A stretch of 64,000 nucleotides of DNA from Spirochaetia bacterium (lineage in GTDB: Bacteria; Spirochaetota; Spirochaetia; SZUA-6; Bin103). The notes under the pieces are model-generated. The model was given only the letters and a program-made list of their open reading frames with translations, ran no database searches and was not told where the DNA came from. The stretch spans positions 5,824,001 to 5,888,000 of the forward strand of contig CBDBDQ010000005.1 of assembly GCA_965203905.1 (NCBI GenBank), read 5' to 3'. Shown here piece after piece: positions 1 through 9,672 of this stretch (within the stretch, counting starts at the first letter, position 1; the number at the start of each line of letters is the position of its first letter). The translations under genes were made by a program, and so were the position numbers.

Positions 1-428
1 ATCTCGCCCATCTCCCCTACCGCCCGCTGCGCCAGCTCGAAGGCGGGGTCGTACACCTTCATGTAACCGGCCTGGGCCACCGTGCCGGCGCCCTGGGCGG
101 CGATCATGGCATCGATCTCGGGCAGCGAGAAGCACAGCGGCTTCTCGATGAACAGGTGCTTGCCCGCCTCCAGCACCGCCACCGCGGCCTCGGTCTTGGG
201 ATCGGTGTGACACAGCAGGATGGCGTCCACGTCCGCCGCCAGCAGCTCCCGGTAGTCGGTGACGTGGCGGGGAACGTGGAAGCGGCGCGCGGCGTCCGCG
301 GCCGCGCTCGGTGACACGTCGCACACCGCGGCCACCTCGAACTGGTCGGACAGCGCGTTGAGGTTGGGCAGGTGGTGGACCTGGGCGATCGCCCCGCAGC
401 CCACTACCCCGATCTTGACCCGCTTCAT
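1..428 (-). CDS. Gfo/Idh/MocA family oxidoreductase (5' part; runs off window)
   Basis: Manual translation from ATG at 428: MKRVKIGVVGCGAIAQVHHLPNL...AGKHLFIEKPLC (GxGxxA Rossmann motif, EKP motif); ATGA overlap with the upstream cupin stop. Confidence 0.9.
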   Translation of the reverse strand, partial: MKRVKIGVVGCGAIAQVHHLPNLNALSDQFEVAAVCDVSPSAAADAARRFHVPRHVTDYRELLAADVDAILLCHTDPKTEAAVAVLEAGKHLFIEKPLCFSLPEIDAMIAAQGAGTVAQAGYMKVYDPAFELAQRAVGEMGE

Positions 429-1060
429 GGCGTGACGCTACGCGCGGCGAAGTCGTTCCAGGCCGCGGCCAGCTCCGCGGTGCGGCTGAACAGCTCCGAC
501 AGCGCCTCCCACATCTCGTTGCGGGCGGCGTGGGCGGCGGCTTCGTCGCCGGCGGCCAGCGCCTTCTGCCAGCGGGCGAGCTGTTCCTCCTGGACGGCCG
601 CGGACACCGTCGCGGACTGCGCCACGGTCGCGGCCGCCGCCGCCTGGCGCGCCGCTATCTCCGCGGTGGGCGTGGTGCGGTCGGGCTGCTCGTCGTACGC
701 GCCGGTGGCGGCGAAACGCGGCGCCTGCTTGGTGCCGTCGTCGTTCCAGTAGGTGTGCGTGGGCTGGATGTGCGGCGTCACCGAGAGGAACATGACCACC
801 TCGTCGTCACCCACGTTGCGCACCGTGTGGTACTGGTCGGTCAGGGCGATGCACATCTGCCCCGGACCGAGCACCGCGCTCTCCCCGTCGATCTCGAACT
901 CCGCGCGCCCCTGCAGAATCAGAAAGATCTCGTGGCCGAGGTCGTGGGTGTGACCGGCGTTGAACTGCCCCACCGCCATCTTCAGGAACCGGCAGCGGAT
1001 CTGCGGGGTCACCAGCATGTTGACGATGTCGCTACGGTAGTCGTAGACCTTCAAGCTCAT
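425..1060 (-). CDS. Cupin domain protein with C-terminal helical extension
   Basis: GHTHDLGHEIFLILQG...QYHTVRN cupin metal motifs; start taken at MSLKVYDY. Confidence 0.85.
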   Translation of the reverse strand: MSLKVYDYRSDIVNMLVTPQIRCRFLKMAVGQFNAGHTHDLGHEIFLILQGRAEFEIDGESAVLGPGQMCIALTDQYHTVRNVGDDEVVMFLSVTPHIQPTHTYWNDDGTKQAPRFAATGAYDEQPDRTTPTAEIAARQAAAAATVAQSATVSAAVQEEQLARWQKALAAGDEAAAHAARNEMWEALSELFSRTAELAAAWNDFAARSVTP

Positions 1061-1123
1061 GATCCCGCGATGATGCTCCAGCTTGGGCAATGCCGCAAGT
1101 CAGTGCGCGGCGTGTCCATGTGA

Positions 1124-1339
1124 TCACACGGCTGCGGTAACCCTCTTGACTTTGGAGATATGGAGCGAGAGCGTCGTGGGCTCGGCAACGATGTAGCCGC
1201 TAACCTCCGGGGTAAGAAGCACGACCACGTGACGTCGGTCAGCTTGCCCATATACCTCGTGGACCGTGGCGCGTACCGCGTCTCGGGGACCCCAAGAAAT
1301 CTCGACTATCTCACCGTACCGTGGTTCGGCAGTTTTCAA
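1124..1339 (-). CDS. Small hypothetical protein (71 aa), paralog of 1438-1650
   Basis: GAGGAGG RBS 8 nt before TTG at 1339; 48/71 residues identical to the neighbour by manual alignment. Confidence 0.8.
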   Translation of the reverse strand: MKTAEPRYGEIVEISWGPRDAVRATVHEVYGQADRRHVVVLLTPEVSGYIVAEPTTLSLHISKVKRVTAAV

Positions 1340-1437
1340 GACTATGGCCTCCTCAGCGGGCTCTGCCATGTCGCCGCCGCGAACCTGTTGGGGGCGATTG
1401 CCTGATCACGACGTGAATGACGGAGCTCAGGAAGAAA

Positions 1438-1650
1438 TCAGACCGGTGCGGTGATCCGTTTGACTTCCTCGATGGGCACCGAGAACGTCGTAGGCTCGGA
1501 CACGACGTAATCACTCATCTCAGGTGTGAGTATCACGACGACATGACGTCTTGAGTGGCCATAGACTTCGTGAACGGTGGCGCGGACCGTGGACCGGCTA
1601 CCCCACGGGATCTCGACTTGTTCACCGTACACCGGCTCGGTGATCTTCAT
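1438..1650 (-). CDS. Small hypothetical protein (70 aa), paralog of 1124-1339
   Basis: AAGGAG RBS overlapping the HEPN stop; MKITEPVYGEQVEIPWG...; conserved with its tandem paralog. Confidence 0.8.
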   Translation of the reverse strand: MKITEPVYGEQVEIPWGSRSTVRATVHEVYGHSRRHVVVILTPEMSDYVVSEPTTFSVPIEEVKRITAPV

Positions 1651-1661
1651 AGTGTTCTCCT

Positions 1662-2246
1662 TCACCACGGCGGCGCGATCTGCAGCTCGGCGGCGAGTTC
1701 GGCGGCCACCACTGCGTCGAGTCTACGCACTAGCCTGTCGCAGGTGCGTCTGAATCGGTGGTACGAGCTCAGGGTGGCCGCGATCGGGTGCCGCCGGATC
1801 AGCGAATGGACCTCGCTCTCGTTACCATGAACCACAGCATTGCGAAAGTCGACCAGCAGTTCAAGGCTCGCGATGTCCTGATTGGCCCTGGCGTAGCTAC
1901 TCTGGAGAGAGGGGATGAGCTTCAATCCCATACGCCCGAAGTCGTTTCCCAGTGCCTCTCGGCGCGGATTCCGGATGTCGAGAGCTCGACGTCGGCGCAG
2001 AAGCCTACGCAGGGCGTCGACCTGGCGTGGATTCGCCTGCGCGAGATACACACTGATGGCCTCGTCATGGAGCTCTCGGCAGTACACTTGAAACTGGCCC
2101 ACCAGGGCAACGAACAGGCTCCGGTTCAACTGTTCGGTCTCCCAGCGACGGCCGCGGCGTGTACCGCGGGCATCGGCGTGGATCCGCTCCAGCTGGTTGA
2201 GACGCGGCACGCACTCCGCGTCCCACACTTCCTTGGCTGCCGACAT
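1662..2246 (-). CDS. HEPN-like domain protein (putative RNase)
   Basis: Helical protein with C-terminal RNAVVH (Rx4H) motif and upstream QFQVYCRELHDE segment; start taken at MSAAKEVW. Confidence 0.65.
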   Translation of the reverse strand: MSAAKEVWDAECVPRLNQLERIHADARGTRRGRRWETEQLNRSLFVALVGQFQVYCRELHDEAISVYLAQANPRQVDALRRLLRRRRALDIRNPRREALGNDFGRMGLKLIPSLQSSYARANQDIASLELLVDFRNAVVHGNESEVHSLIRRHPIAATLSSYHRFRRTCDRLVRRLDAVVAAELAAELQIAPPW

Positions 2247-2435
2247 GAGCGCAGCGGTCAACCCGTGCCCCGCCGGGGCTCCGTAAGCAGGAAGCGGAGC
2301 GCGGTCAGGACACGGCGAGGATGGCGGCGATGCATTGCCATGGCCAGCAAGTAGGCGGCTTCCTCCTGGCGCTGTTCTCGATCCACTCCGCCGCGCCAAG
2401 CTCCCTGTACCGCAACTTTGTGAGCGATTGTCGCG

Positions 2436-3155
2436 TTACCGTGAGTAGCAGCGCAGCAGGGTGACCTGCTCGGCCTCGGTGTTCAGCAGGAACTGGTCGC
2501 CCTGCTGCAGGAACACCACGCCGTAGCGTGCCAGCGGGCGTCGCTCGCCGTTGGCCTGCACGGTGGCGGAACCGTCGATCACCACGAACACCTCTTCGGC
2601 GGAAGTCGCCGTGTGGGACAGGTCCTGGTGCTCCGGCAGGCGGATGTAGTCGAGGCCGAGGTGGCGGGCACCCTGGGCGGCGGAGACCACGCAGCGCCAA
2701 TCGCCGGGCTGGCCGAGCGCGGGTCCGCCCTTGGCCAGGGAGAGGACGCGCACCTCGCTGCGGTGGCCGGCGGGCGGCAGCGGGGAGGCGCCGGCGCCAT
2801 GGTCGCGCTTGCCGGCGTACAGCGCCGGGTCGGGAGGCGCCTGAAAGCTGATCAGCCGCGCCGGTGTGCCGCTGTCGTTGACCGTGCCGTGCACCTCCCC
2901 CACTGGAACGAAAATCCCCTCCCCGGCTTCGATGGGGGTGTAGGTATCGCCCTGGCGCAGCGCGCCGCGGCCCTCCAGCACCACGATCATGTCTTCCGAT
3001 TCGTCGTGCAGGTGCTGAGTGAACTCCTGGCCGGGCTCGTGCAGGCCGTGGTTGAGGGTGAGCCGGCGGGCGCCCATCTCCGGGTGCACGATGCGCCAGT
3101 TGCTGCCCTTGCCCATGCGGAAGGCGCGGCCCGCGAACAGGTCGAGGATCTGCAT
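2436..3155 (-). CDS. Two-domain cupin protein
   Basis: MQILDLF start (TGATG coupling with PhyH); HLHDESEDMIVVLEG...EVHGTVN motif and a second, degenerate cupin domain. Confidence 0.85.
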   Translation of the reverse strand: MQILDLFAGRAFRMGKGSNWRIVHPEMGARRLTLNHGLHEPGQEFTQHLHDESEDMIVVLEGRGALRQGDTYTPIEAGEGIFVPVGEVHGTVNDSGTPARLISFQAPPDPALYAGKRDHGAGASPLPPAGHRSEVRVLSLAKGGPALGQPGDWRCVVSAAQGARHLGLDYIRLPEHQDLSHTATSAEEVFVVIDGSATVQANGERRPLARYGVVFLQQGDQFLLNTEAEQVTLLRCYSR

Positions 3156-3982
3156 CAGGCCGGGTTGGCCGCGCTCTCGGGGAACAGCGAGGTGGTCCAG
3201 GTGCCGGGGTTGGCCGGCTCCTGGAACAGTATCTGCTGGCGCGGGGTGAGCGGCACCGACTCGGGCGGCCGCACCCGGCGTGCCGACCAGGCGAGGTGCG
3301 ACTGGCAGTACTTGTAGAGCAGGGTGCGGCGCTGGTGGGTCCCTTTCCAGGGCGCGGTGCCGTGCGTCAGCGCCTCGGAGAACAGCACCACGGATCCGGC
3401 CGGCGCCTCGGGGATCACGACACCGGGCGCGAGGGAATCGCCCTCCATCATCTTCCAGCGTCCCTGGTTCACCGTCGGGATCGGGTTCGGGCGCACGAAG
3501 TTGCTCTTGTGGCTGCCCGGTACGCAGCAGAAGCCGCCGTGCTCCGGGCCGGTGTCCGCCAGGTTCCACGACACCACGGTGAAGGCGTTGTGAATCCTGC
3601 CGTTGCGCACGTGGTAGTACTCCGCCGGCGAATAGGGCGCGTTGCCGCCGTGGAGCTGGTAGTCTCCCATGCCCGCCTCCATGTTGATGCCATACAGGCG
3701 GTCGAGGCGGAACCAGTCGCCGAGCGTGAGCTGCAGCAGCGGCATGATCCGGGGATGGTCGAGCAGGTCGCAGAACGGCGTGCCCCACTCCAGGAACCCG
3801 GGACACTCCGGCGCTCCCCCGGCCGCCGAGCCGAAGCGGATCTTGTCGCGCGGCGGCGGCAACCGCTGGGCGTCGATGAGCCGGTTCAACTCGTCGATCT
3901 CCGCCCGGCTCAGGACGTCGGAAATGACCATGAAACCGGCCAGGTCGAACAGGTAGCGCTGCATCTCCAGGTCGTGGTCCAT
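3155..3982 (-). CDS. Phytanoyl-CoA dioxygenase (PhyH) family Fe/2OG enzyme
   Basis: FDLAGFMVISDVLS, VSWNLADTGPEHGGFCCVPGSHK, AGSVVLFSEALTHGTAPW...RRTL. Confidence 0.88.
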   Translation of the reverse strand: MDHDLEMQRYLFDLAGFMVISDVLSRAEIDELNRLIDAQRLPPPRDKIRFGSAAGGAPECPGFLEWGTPFCDLLDHPRIMPLLQLTLGDWFRLDRLYGINMEAGMGDYQLHGGNAPYSPAEYYHVRNGRIHNAFTVVSWNLADTGPEHGGFCCVPGSHKSNFVRPNPIPTVNQGRWKMMEGDSLAPGVVIPEAPAGSVVLFSEALTHGTAPWKGTHQRRTLLYKYCQSHLAWSARRVRPPESVPLTPRQQILFQEPANPGTWTTSLFPESAANPA

Positions 3983-4788
3983 CGTTCAACCACTATGCGG
4001 GCCGTATCTGCCGGCGTCAATCCGGCAGCGTGGGCGCCCGGGCGATGGTGGTGATCTCCGGGCTCGAGGCGATGAGCGGACTCCGATCCCAGTCGCCGTA
4101 CCGTGCTTCGATCGCGAAGCCGGCCGCGGCCAGAAAATACGCCAGCGCATCTGCGCCGAGGAACCGCAGCGTGCTGCGGCTGCGCTCCGCTCGCTCCCAG
4201 TCCGCGCGCCGGTAGCTGTTGGTGAACCGTACGACGTCGCCGACCACCGGCGTCTCGATCTCGGTCTCGAAGCGGACGACGGTGCCGTCGCGGTCGCTGA
4301 ACTCCACGCCGTGCTCGGGTGTCCATCGCTCCCACTCCCGGACCAGGGGGTTGCGGGTTTCGAACGCGAGCACGCCACCGGGTACCAGTGCCGAGCGGAT
4401 CGCACGCAGCGCTGCCCTGACCTCGCCGTCGCTGACCAGCACCTGGAACGCATGTCCGGTCATCACCGCCAGATCGAACTCCGGGTGCCATGGGACGGTC
4501 ACCGGGTCGCCGAGGATCCACTCGATGTCAGATCGCTTCCGTGCCACCTGCAACATGCCGCGGGCGCGGTCCAGGCCCACCAGCCGCCCGGTGTGGCCCG
4601 ACTCGCGGGCCCAGTGCAGCAGGGCACCGGTGCCGCAGCCGACGTCGAGCACGGCCCCGGCGGCCATTACCACGGCAGGTAGAAGCGAAAGTTAGCCCGC
4701 TCTTCCCGGCCGCACAGCGGACCGTAGAGCGCCACGAGGTGAGGTTCGGAGAGACCCTGCCGGTCTACCACTACGTTCAGCCTACCGC
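3818..4788. repeat. Diverged direct repeat, copy 1 (copy 2 at 26217-27188)
   Basis: Co-linear match at an offset of about 22400 covering the methyltransferase and the PhyH 5' end. Confidence 0.9.
4017..4771 (-). pseudogene. Class I SAM-dependent methyltransferase, frameshifted (1-bp deletion near 4672)
   Basis: VLDVGCGTG motif; N-terminus (..FRFYLPW-stop) is in a different frame than in the intact copy at 26417-27169 (ctgccgtggta vs ctgcctctggtg). Confidence 0.75.
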
Positions 4789-5157
4789 AGGAGCGTCCCC
4801 GAATATCGGGCGGAAGTCCCGCAATCCAGAATACACTGCCACGGCCGGAACGGCCCGGCAGACGCAGCTGCCCGAGTACGCTCAATGCCTTACTCTGGTA
4901 GTTATAGCTATATCAAAAAAAGGCCGCCAAGCGCGTACAGCATGAGATCCTGCAAGCTTAGGCGCACGCGACGCAGCCTCGCAACGAGCACCCGTGGGAG
5001 TTGCCCAGCGAATGCTCGTTCTCGATCCAGCCTGACGCTCAGCGGCGGGCCAGCCGGAAGCGTGCTCCTCGCCCGAAGTGATCGCCCTTCCCGTACTGCA
5101 GCAGCCACTACCCCGGCTCCAGCAGAACGAAAAGCACAGAATTATTTGACTCGCTCT

Positions 5158-6132
5158 TTAACCGTCTGAGAGTACCTTCCCATTATCTATCAAGAGCTGT
5201 TCATCGACTTCTAATGTCGGCTTATTGTATATCATATCCACGTGTATCGTAGTATGAATTGTCCCCCCACCCGCACTGCTTCCTACGGCAATATGGCCTG
5301 TACCGAGGACCGCTTCGTTCTCTATTAGGTACTTGCCAATTCGTGCGAATGGATTGAGTCCAAATGCTATCTCACCGATGTTATAGGCATTGGAATCATT
5401 TACCATCTTTAGGTTTTCTTGAAGCCATTGCGCCCAATTTCCTCCCCGTATTGACTCGGGCACCACAAATCCATCCTTGACCAACATCTCAATCGGTTTG
5501 TCCACCAATCCGAATGTTGATATTGCTCCGTCGATCACAATCCTGCCGTTGGCTGTACCTTCAATGGGGGCCCAGTTAACCTCTACATCCGGTGGCGCCT
5601 CCATGTTACCGGAGCCGGAGAAAATCCCTCTCAGGATATTCGGTTTCCTGCCCTTGATGCTGAACCTCAAGTCAGTACCCGATGGACTTGTAATTCTAGC
5701 GTCTTCTCCCACAAACAGCTCGGCAAGTCTTTCGGCATTCGCGCTCAATTCCTGAAAATCGGCTTTGATGAGAGCATCGGAATCCAGCAATTCCTCGTCA
5801 TATTGAGTCATCAACAAAACCCTTACGCCCAACTTCATAGCATCTTCTGTTGCTTTGGCGTGCGCTATTGAATAGGTAGTTGGCGTAAAGATCACGTCTG
5901 CCTTTTTCATCGCCTCAGCTATTGGACTCGGGGGTTCTTCATGATGCTGATGGCGCGGTGTCATCACCGTAATCACCACTTCAGCGCCCTTCATTCGACT
6001 AGCTATTGCGATGATTTTGGCGATATCAAGCATGTCGCTATCAGTAACGATGAGAGCTAGTTCACCGGATTTGACAAGAGCACATTCCTCGACGATCTTG
6101 ATAGCTCCCAAAGAGACCTTTAGTTCCTTCAT
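5158..6132 (-). CDS. Aminopeptidase M29-like / NicX-like metalloprotein
   Basis: ALIVTD, EEPPSPIAEAMKKADV, ITSPSGTDLRFSI, GTANGRIVIDG, NIGEIAFGLNP, GTGHIAVG, IHVD. Confidence 0.8.
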   Translation of the reverse strand: MKELKVSLGAIKIVEECALVKSGELALIVTDSDMLDIAKIIAIASRMKGAEVVITVMTPRHQHHEEPPSPIAEAMKKADVIFTPTTYSIAHAKATEDAMKLGVRVLLMTQYDEELLDSDALIKADFQELSANAERLAELFVGEDARITSPSGTDLRFSIKGRKPNILRGIFSGSGNMEAPPDVEVNWAPIEGTANGRIVIDGAISTFGLVDKPIEMLVKDGFVVPESIRGGNWAQWLQENLKMVNDSNAYNIGEIAFGLNPFARIGKYLIENEAVLGTGHIAVGSSAGGGTIHTTIHVDMIYNKPTLEVDEQLLIDNGKVLSDG

Positions 6133-6145
6133 ATGTCTGCCTCCG

Positions 6146-7264
6146 TCACATTCTATATTTCTCTATAGTTTGCTCGTTTAGCTCAATACCAAGTCCTGGT
6201 TTGTCAGGCACTCTTATGTATCCATCCTCCAGCTTCGGGGGGTCCACTAATATTGCACTCATCAAAGGGGTTTCAGCGGTTCTATATTCTACGAAAAATC
6301 CCTTAGCCAGCGACGCAACCAAATGCAAGGCAGCGGTCAGGTTAATAGCACTGCTCCAGCTATGTGGAACCAGCAGAGTGTTCCACTGTTCGGCTAAGTC
6401 AGCGATCCTCTTACATTCAGAAAGGCCGCCTGCTACGTGAACATCGGGTTGGATCACGTCCAGAGCATTTCTAACAATCCAGTCCCTGAAACCAAATACT
6501 GTCTGTAGTTCCTCCCCGGCTGCGATGCTCAAGTCTAATGCTCGGGACAGCTCAACGTAGCCTTCGATGTCAGTCCTCAGAAGCGGTTCTTCCCACCATA
6601 ACACGTCGTACTTCTCCAACTTTCTGCCTAGCTTTAGTGCTTCCGGAAAGGTCAGCGTGGATGGTCCATCGACCATCAGTGTAAATCCATAACCGAAGGT
6701 GTCTCTGATGACCTTGATGATCTCTTCACTCTCATCCAAGTCCAGCCCAAAACCTCCGTAACCCAGTTTCACTCCGGTGAAGCCCTCGCCGAGGACTCGC
6801 CTGACCAACTCGATTGTCTTGTCTGGATTCTGCATATCGAACACGTCACTGGCGTACGCCCTAATTTTATCGTGGTAGTGCCCTCCAAGTAGCTTGTAGA
6901 TGGGCACACCCCATTTTTTCCCGACAATGTCCAGTAGTGCCGTGTCGATTGCACTGATAGCATCGAGCGCCAAGCCGCGCTGTCGCGTGTACATTTCGCT
7001 CAGATACATCTTATTCCATAACCGGCGGTATTCAAGCGGATCCTCTCCAACGATCAGGGGTTTGAATCCTCTTTCAATAAGTGTCTTTACGCTTGCCCCG
7101 GCTTCGTGGAAAAAGCAATGCGTCATGGCATCTCCTATTCCCACTATGCCCTCATCGGTTTCGACTCTTACGATAGCGATTGAGCCACGCGGTCCAAATG
7201 GGACCGGTTCTTTGGTGGGCAGTGTATGCTTCACCACATCAACATGTACAGATGTAATCTTCAT
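6146..7264 (-). CDS. Mandelate racemase/muconate lactonizing enzyme family protein
   Basis: AISAIDTALLDIVGKKWGVPIYKLLGG, LMVD, WWEEP, AAGE, IQPD, PDKPGLGIE; GGAGG RBS before MKITSV. Confidence 0.92.
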   Translation of the reverse strand: MKITSVHVDVVKHTLPTKEPVPFGPRGSIAIVRVETDEGIVGIGDAMTHCFFHEAGASVKTLIERGFKPLIVGEDPLEYRRLWNKMYLSEMYTRQRGLALDAISAIDTALLDIVGKKWGVPIYKLLGGHYHDKIRAYASDVFDMQNPDKTIELVRRVLGEGFTGVKLGYGGFGLDLDESEEIIKVIRDTFGYGFTLMVDGPSTLTFPEALKLGRKLEKYDVLWWEEPLLRTDIEGYVELSRALDLSIAAGEELQTVFGFRDWIVRNALDVIQPDVHVAGGLSECKRIADLAEQWNTLLVPHSWSSAINLTAALHLVASLAKGFFVEYRTAETPLMSAILVDPPKLEDGYIRVPDKPGLGIELNEQTIEKYRM

Positions 7265-7434
7265 TTCTAAAATGCCTCCCCCGGAAACAGGTTCATGCCT
7301 CGATAGCAGAACTCTCCCGTCATCTCCAATTCCCGCCATGCCGGCGAAATCGTGCTGCACTTCCGTTTCGCACAGTGGCTGGAACAGGAGTGCACCTGCG
7401 TTTACCGCGGAGCCGAGTAGCCACGACGCGTCGC

Positions 7435-8457
7435 CTACTTCCAAACCTGGCGTGCGACTCGGAGCCAATTCTCCCCAAGGATACCGCGAACGTCGGACTC
7501 TGAATAACTGCGTTCAAGCAGGCCCTCGGTCAGCTCTGGAACCTGCTCCGGCGTCGCGTAGTTGGCCACCAACTCAGCATCGTAACCTAACTCGGCTGGA
7601 TAGCGCGAACGGTTCATTGGTGCCAGCACACGCTCTCTTAGCCATCCTGGCGGGTCGTAGAGAAAATCGAGTCCGATGCCAACGTACTGCGGTCCGCCCG
7701 CCACTTCCGCGTGATAATCGATCATGTTCAGCAAGCCCTCTGTGGAGGGACCCGCGTCCACCATGAACTGATCGCAGCCGACGATGCCAATTACACCGCC
7801 CGATCTTGCACAAGCCTTGATCTGATCGTCGCGGATGTTACGGCCATGTTCGAAAAGCGCAAAGGGGTTCGAGTGCGAGAAAATCACTGGGCCTTGAGAG
7901 ACTTCGAAAACGTCCATGGAGGTGCGATAGCCGGTGTGACTCACGTCGACCAGGACCCCAACGCGGTTCATCTCTTGGACCAGTTCGATACCGAACCGGG
8001 TGAGCCCCGCGTCCACCCGCTCGTGACACCCGCCGCCCACTGCGTTGCCCTGGTTGTACGCCATGAGCATTTGACGAACGCCCAGCTTGCAATAGACTTC
8101 GACCAAGTTGATGTCGCGTCCTATGGATTCCGTACCTTGCAAGTTAAATCCCACGGCCAGCTTGCCATCTCGCTTCGCACGCAGCACGTCGTCGACTTTC
8201 TCGACCAATACGAACTGGTCTGCATGGGCGCGGAAAAATGCCCTGTTCTCGGCGATCCCACGTATGGTCTCCTCGACGCTTTCTCCATCAAGGGCGACGG
8301 TCAAGGATACGAATGTGTACCCGGAGGCAATCATCCTCGGCAGCGTCGCCGCCCGCAGCTCGCACGAGCCATATTTCAACCACGGCAGCAAACTGTCCCA
8401 TACGATAGCGTCGCGGTGCAAGGTTGCCGCATCCTGTGAGATGTTCCAGTCGTTCAC
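7435..8457 (-). CDS. Membrane dipeptidase (M19) family protein
   Basis: GLTRFGIELVQEMNRVGVLVDVSH, PVIFSHSN, RNIRDDQIKAC, VGIGLDF, ILGENWLRV. Confidence 0.9.
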   Translation of the reverse strand: MNDWNISQDAATLHRDAIVWDSLLPWLKYGSCELRAATLPRMIASGYTFVSLTVALDGESVEETIRGIAENRAFFRAHADQFVLVEKVDDVLRAKRDGKLAVGFNLQGTESIGRDINLVEVYCKLGVRQMLMAYNQGNAVGGGCHERVDAGLTRFGIELVQEMNRVGVLVDVSHTGYRTSMDVFEVSQGPVIFSHSNPFALFEHGRNIRDDQIKACARSGGVIGIVGCDQFMVDAGPSTEGLLNMIDYHAEVAGGPQYVGIGLDFLYDPPGWLRERVLAPMNRSRYPAELGYDAELVANYATPEQVPELTEGLLERSYSESDVRGILGENWLRVARQVWK

Positions 8458-8488
8458 GTTGCCTCTCCCGATATATTGGTGATACCAG

Positions 8489-8519
8489 ATTATAGGAGGG
8501 ATAAGTGGGCGAATGTCAA
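8489..8519 (-). promoter_or_regulatory. Putative sigma70 promoter TTGACA-19-TATAAT for the dipeptidase
   Basis: Perfect hexamers 32 nt upstream of the start, with a long (19-nt) spacer. Confidence 0.5.
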
Positions 8520-8529
8520 GTCAGTCAGC

Positions 8530-8670
8530 CGGCGCCGCTGGCGCCGGCGGGTAGCCAACGGCGACCCGCACCCGCTGGCGCATTAGGCGTGGTGTTGCTG
8601 CGGCACGGCGACCAGTTCCTGCTGACCAACGAGGCCGTACCCGTCACCCTGTTGCGCCACTACTCCTTTC
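8530..8670 (+). pseudogene. Fragment of the 3' end of a bicupin gene (inverted homolog of 2436-2580)
   Basis: Translates GVVLLRHGDQFLLTNEAVPVTLLRHYS vs GVVFLQQGDQFLLNTEAEQVTLLRCYS. Confidence 0.75.
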
Positions 8671-8784
8671 CACAATGAGGATGATCCGAGACCGCGCGCG
8701 AGCCGCCGCGTTTCGACGGAGACGCGGACCCGCCAACGGACCCGCCATTGGGCGACGGTCCTGCCCGAAACGGACGCAAGCTAG

Positions 8785-8997
8785 ATTCTGACCGCGTGGC
8801 TGCCGATCACCGAAGCTACCCGGGACAACGGCTGCCTGCTGGTCGCGCCGGGCCGTCGTCGGCGCGGCGTCATGACGCACTCTCACGATCAGCGATCGAA
8901 CTACAGCCGCCAGGGGATACCCGAACGGCCTGGTCGGCGCCCAGTGCAGCACGCTGGAGATGGAGGCCGGCGAGGTACTGTTCCTTACAAACTGACG
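8785..8997 (+). pseudogene. PhyH-family gene fragment
   Basis: ILTAWLPITEATRDNGCLLVAPG, then after a frameshift LEMEAGEVLFL. Confidence 0.65.
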
Positions 8998-9379
8998 ATG
9001 GGATCGGCGCAGCGCACGATCGCGTTGTCTTCCATGCGGAACGCGACTCCCGCTCGGCGCAGTTCCCCGGCGACGTAGGAATGGCCGTTCATGAAGCAGT
9101 TCACCGAGAACGGCAGATTGCGGACCCCCTTGGGCGCCGTCAGGATCGGGAATCCGGTGCTGCTCGGTGTAGCTCTCCAGCGAGCGCCGATAGGTAGGTA
9201 GCGGTGCGCCGCGCCAACACCGCCGGGGTGATCCGTGCGTCGCCGCAGACCTCGCGGAAGAAGTGCACGATGTTCTCAGGCCGCTGCAGCCGCGGGTAGT
9301 AGCCGCGCAGCACGATGCGGTCCCAGCAGGCGTAGCTGAACTGGACGAAGTGCCCGAAGAGTTGCAAGAATCGATCCAT
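8998..9379 (-). mobile_element. Internally deleted putative transposase remnant (unclassified family)
   Basis: MDRFLQLFGHFVQFSYACWDRIVLRGY... and LPFSVNCFMNGHSYVAGELRRAGVAFRMEDNAIVRCADP in shifted frames; family recognised from memory. Confidence 0.5.
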
Positions 9380-9672
9380 GAACCGGCCCTCACGGTGTTG
9401 GCGTATTGCACACACCAACCTAACGCAAGGAGGGTCGGTTCATGTCAGCGCCGGTGGCGTACCATCATCTATCGCCACCGGCAACGGCGACCTACCCCTG
9501 TCGGCCTCCAGCAGCTCTCAGGTTTACTTGGCTAGGAGCTTGGCCCCAGGGTGGTGGCGTAGACAGTGATGAGGTCTGTCAGCCGGCGCTGCCGGGCGGC
9601 GATCATCCCGTTCAGGAGAATGCCTGCTAGGTACGCCTTGGCCGCACCACTCAGTCGAAAGCGGAGGATTTC

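Noticed and set aside
2436-3989. 517-aa ORF suggesting a long cupin fusion
   Set aside because: The N-terminal part overlaps the PhyH gene in another frame; the true start is the coupled ATG at 3155
4790-5157. Short ORFs at the island's left edge
   Set aside because: No motifs or RBS support; treated as non-coding or decayed sequence
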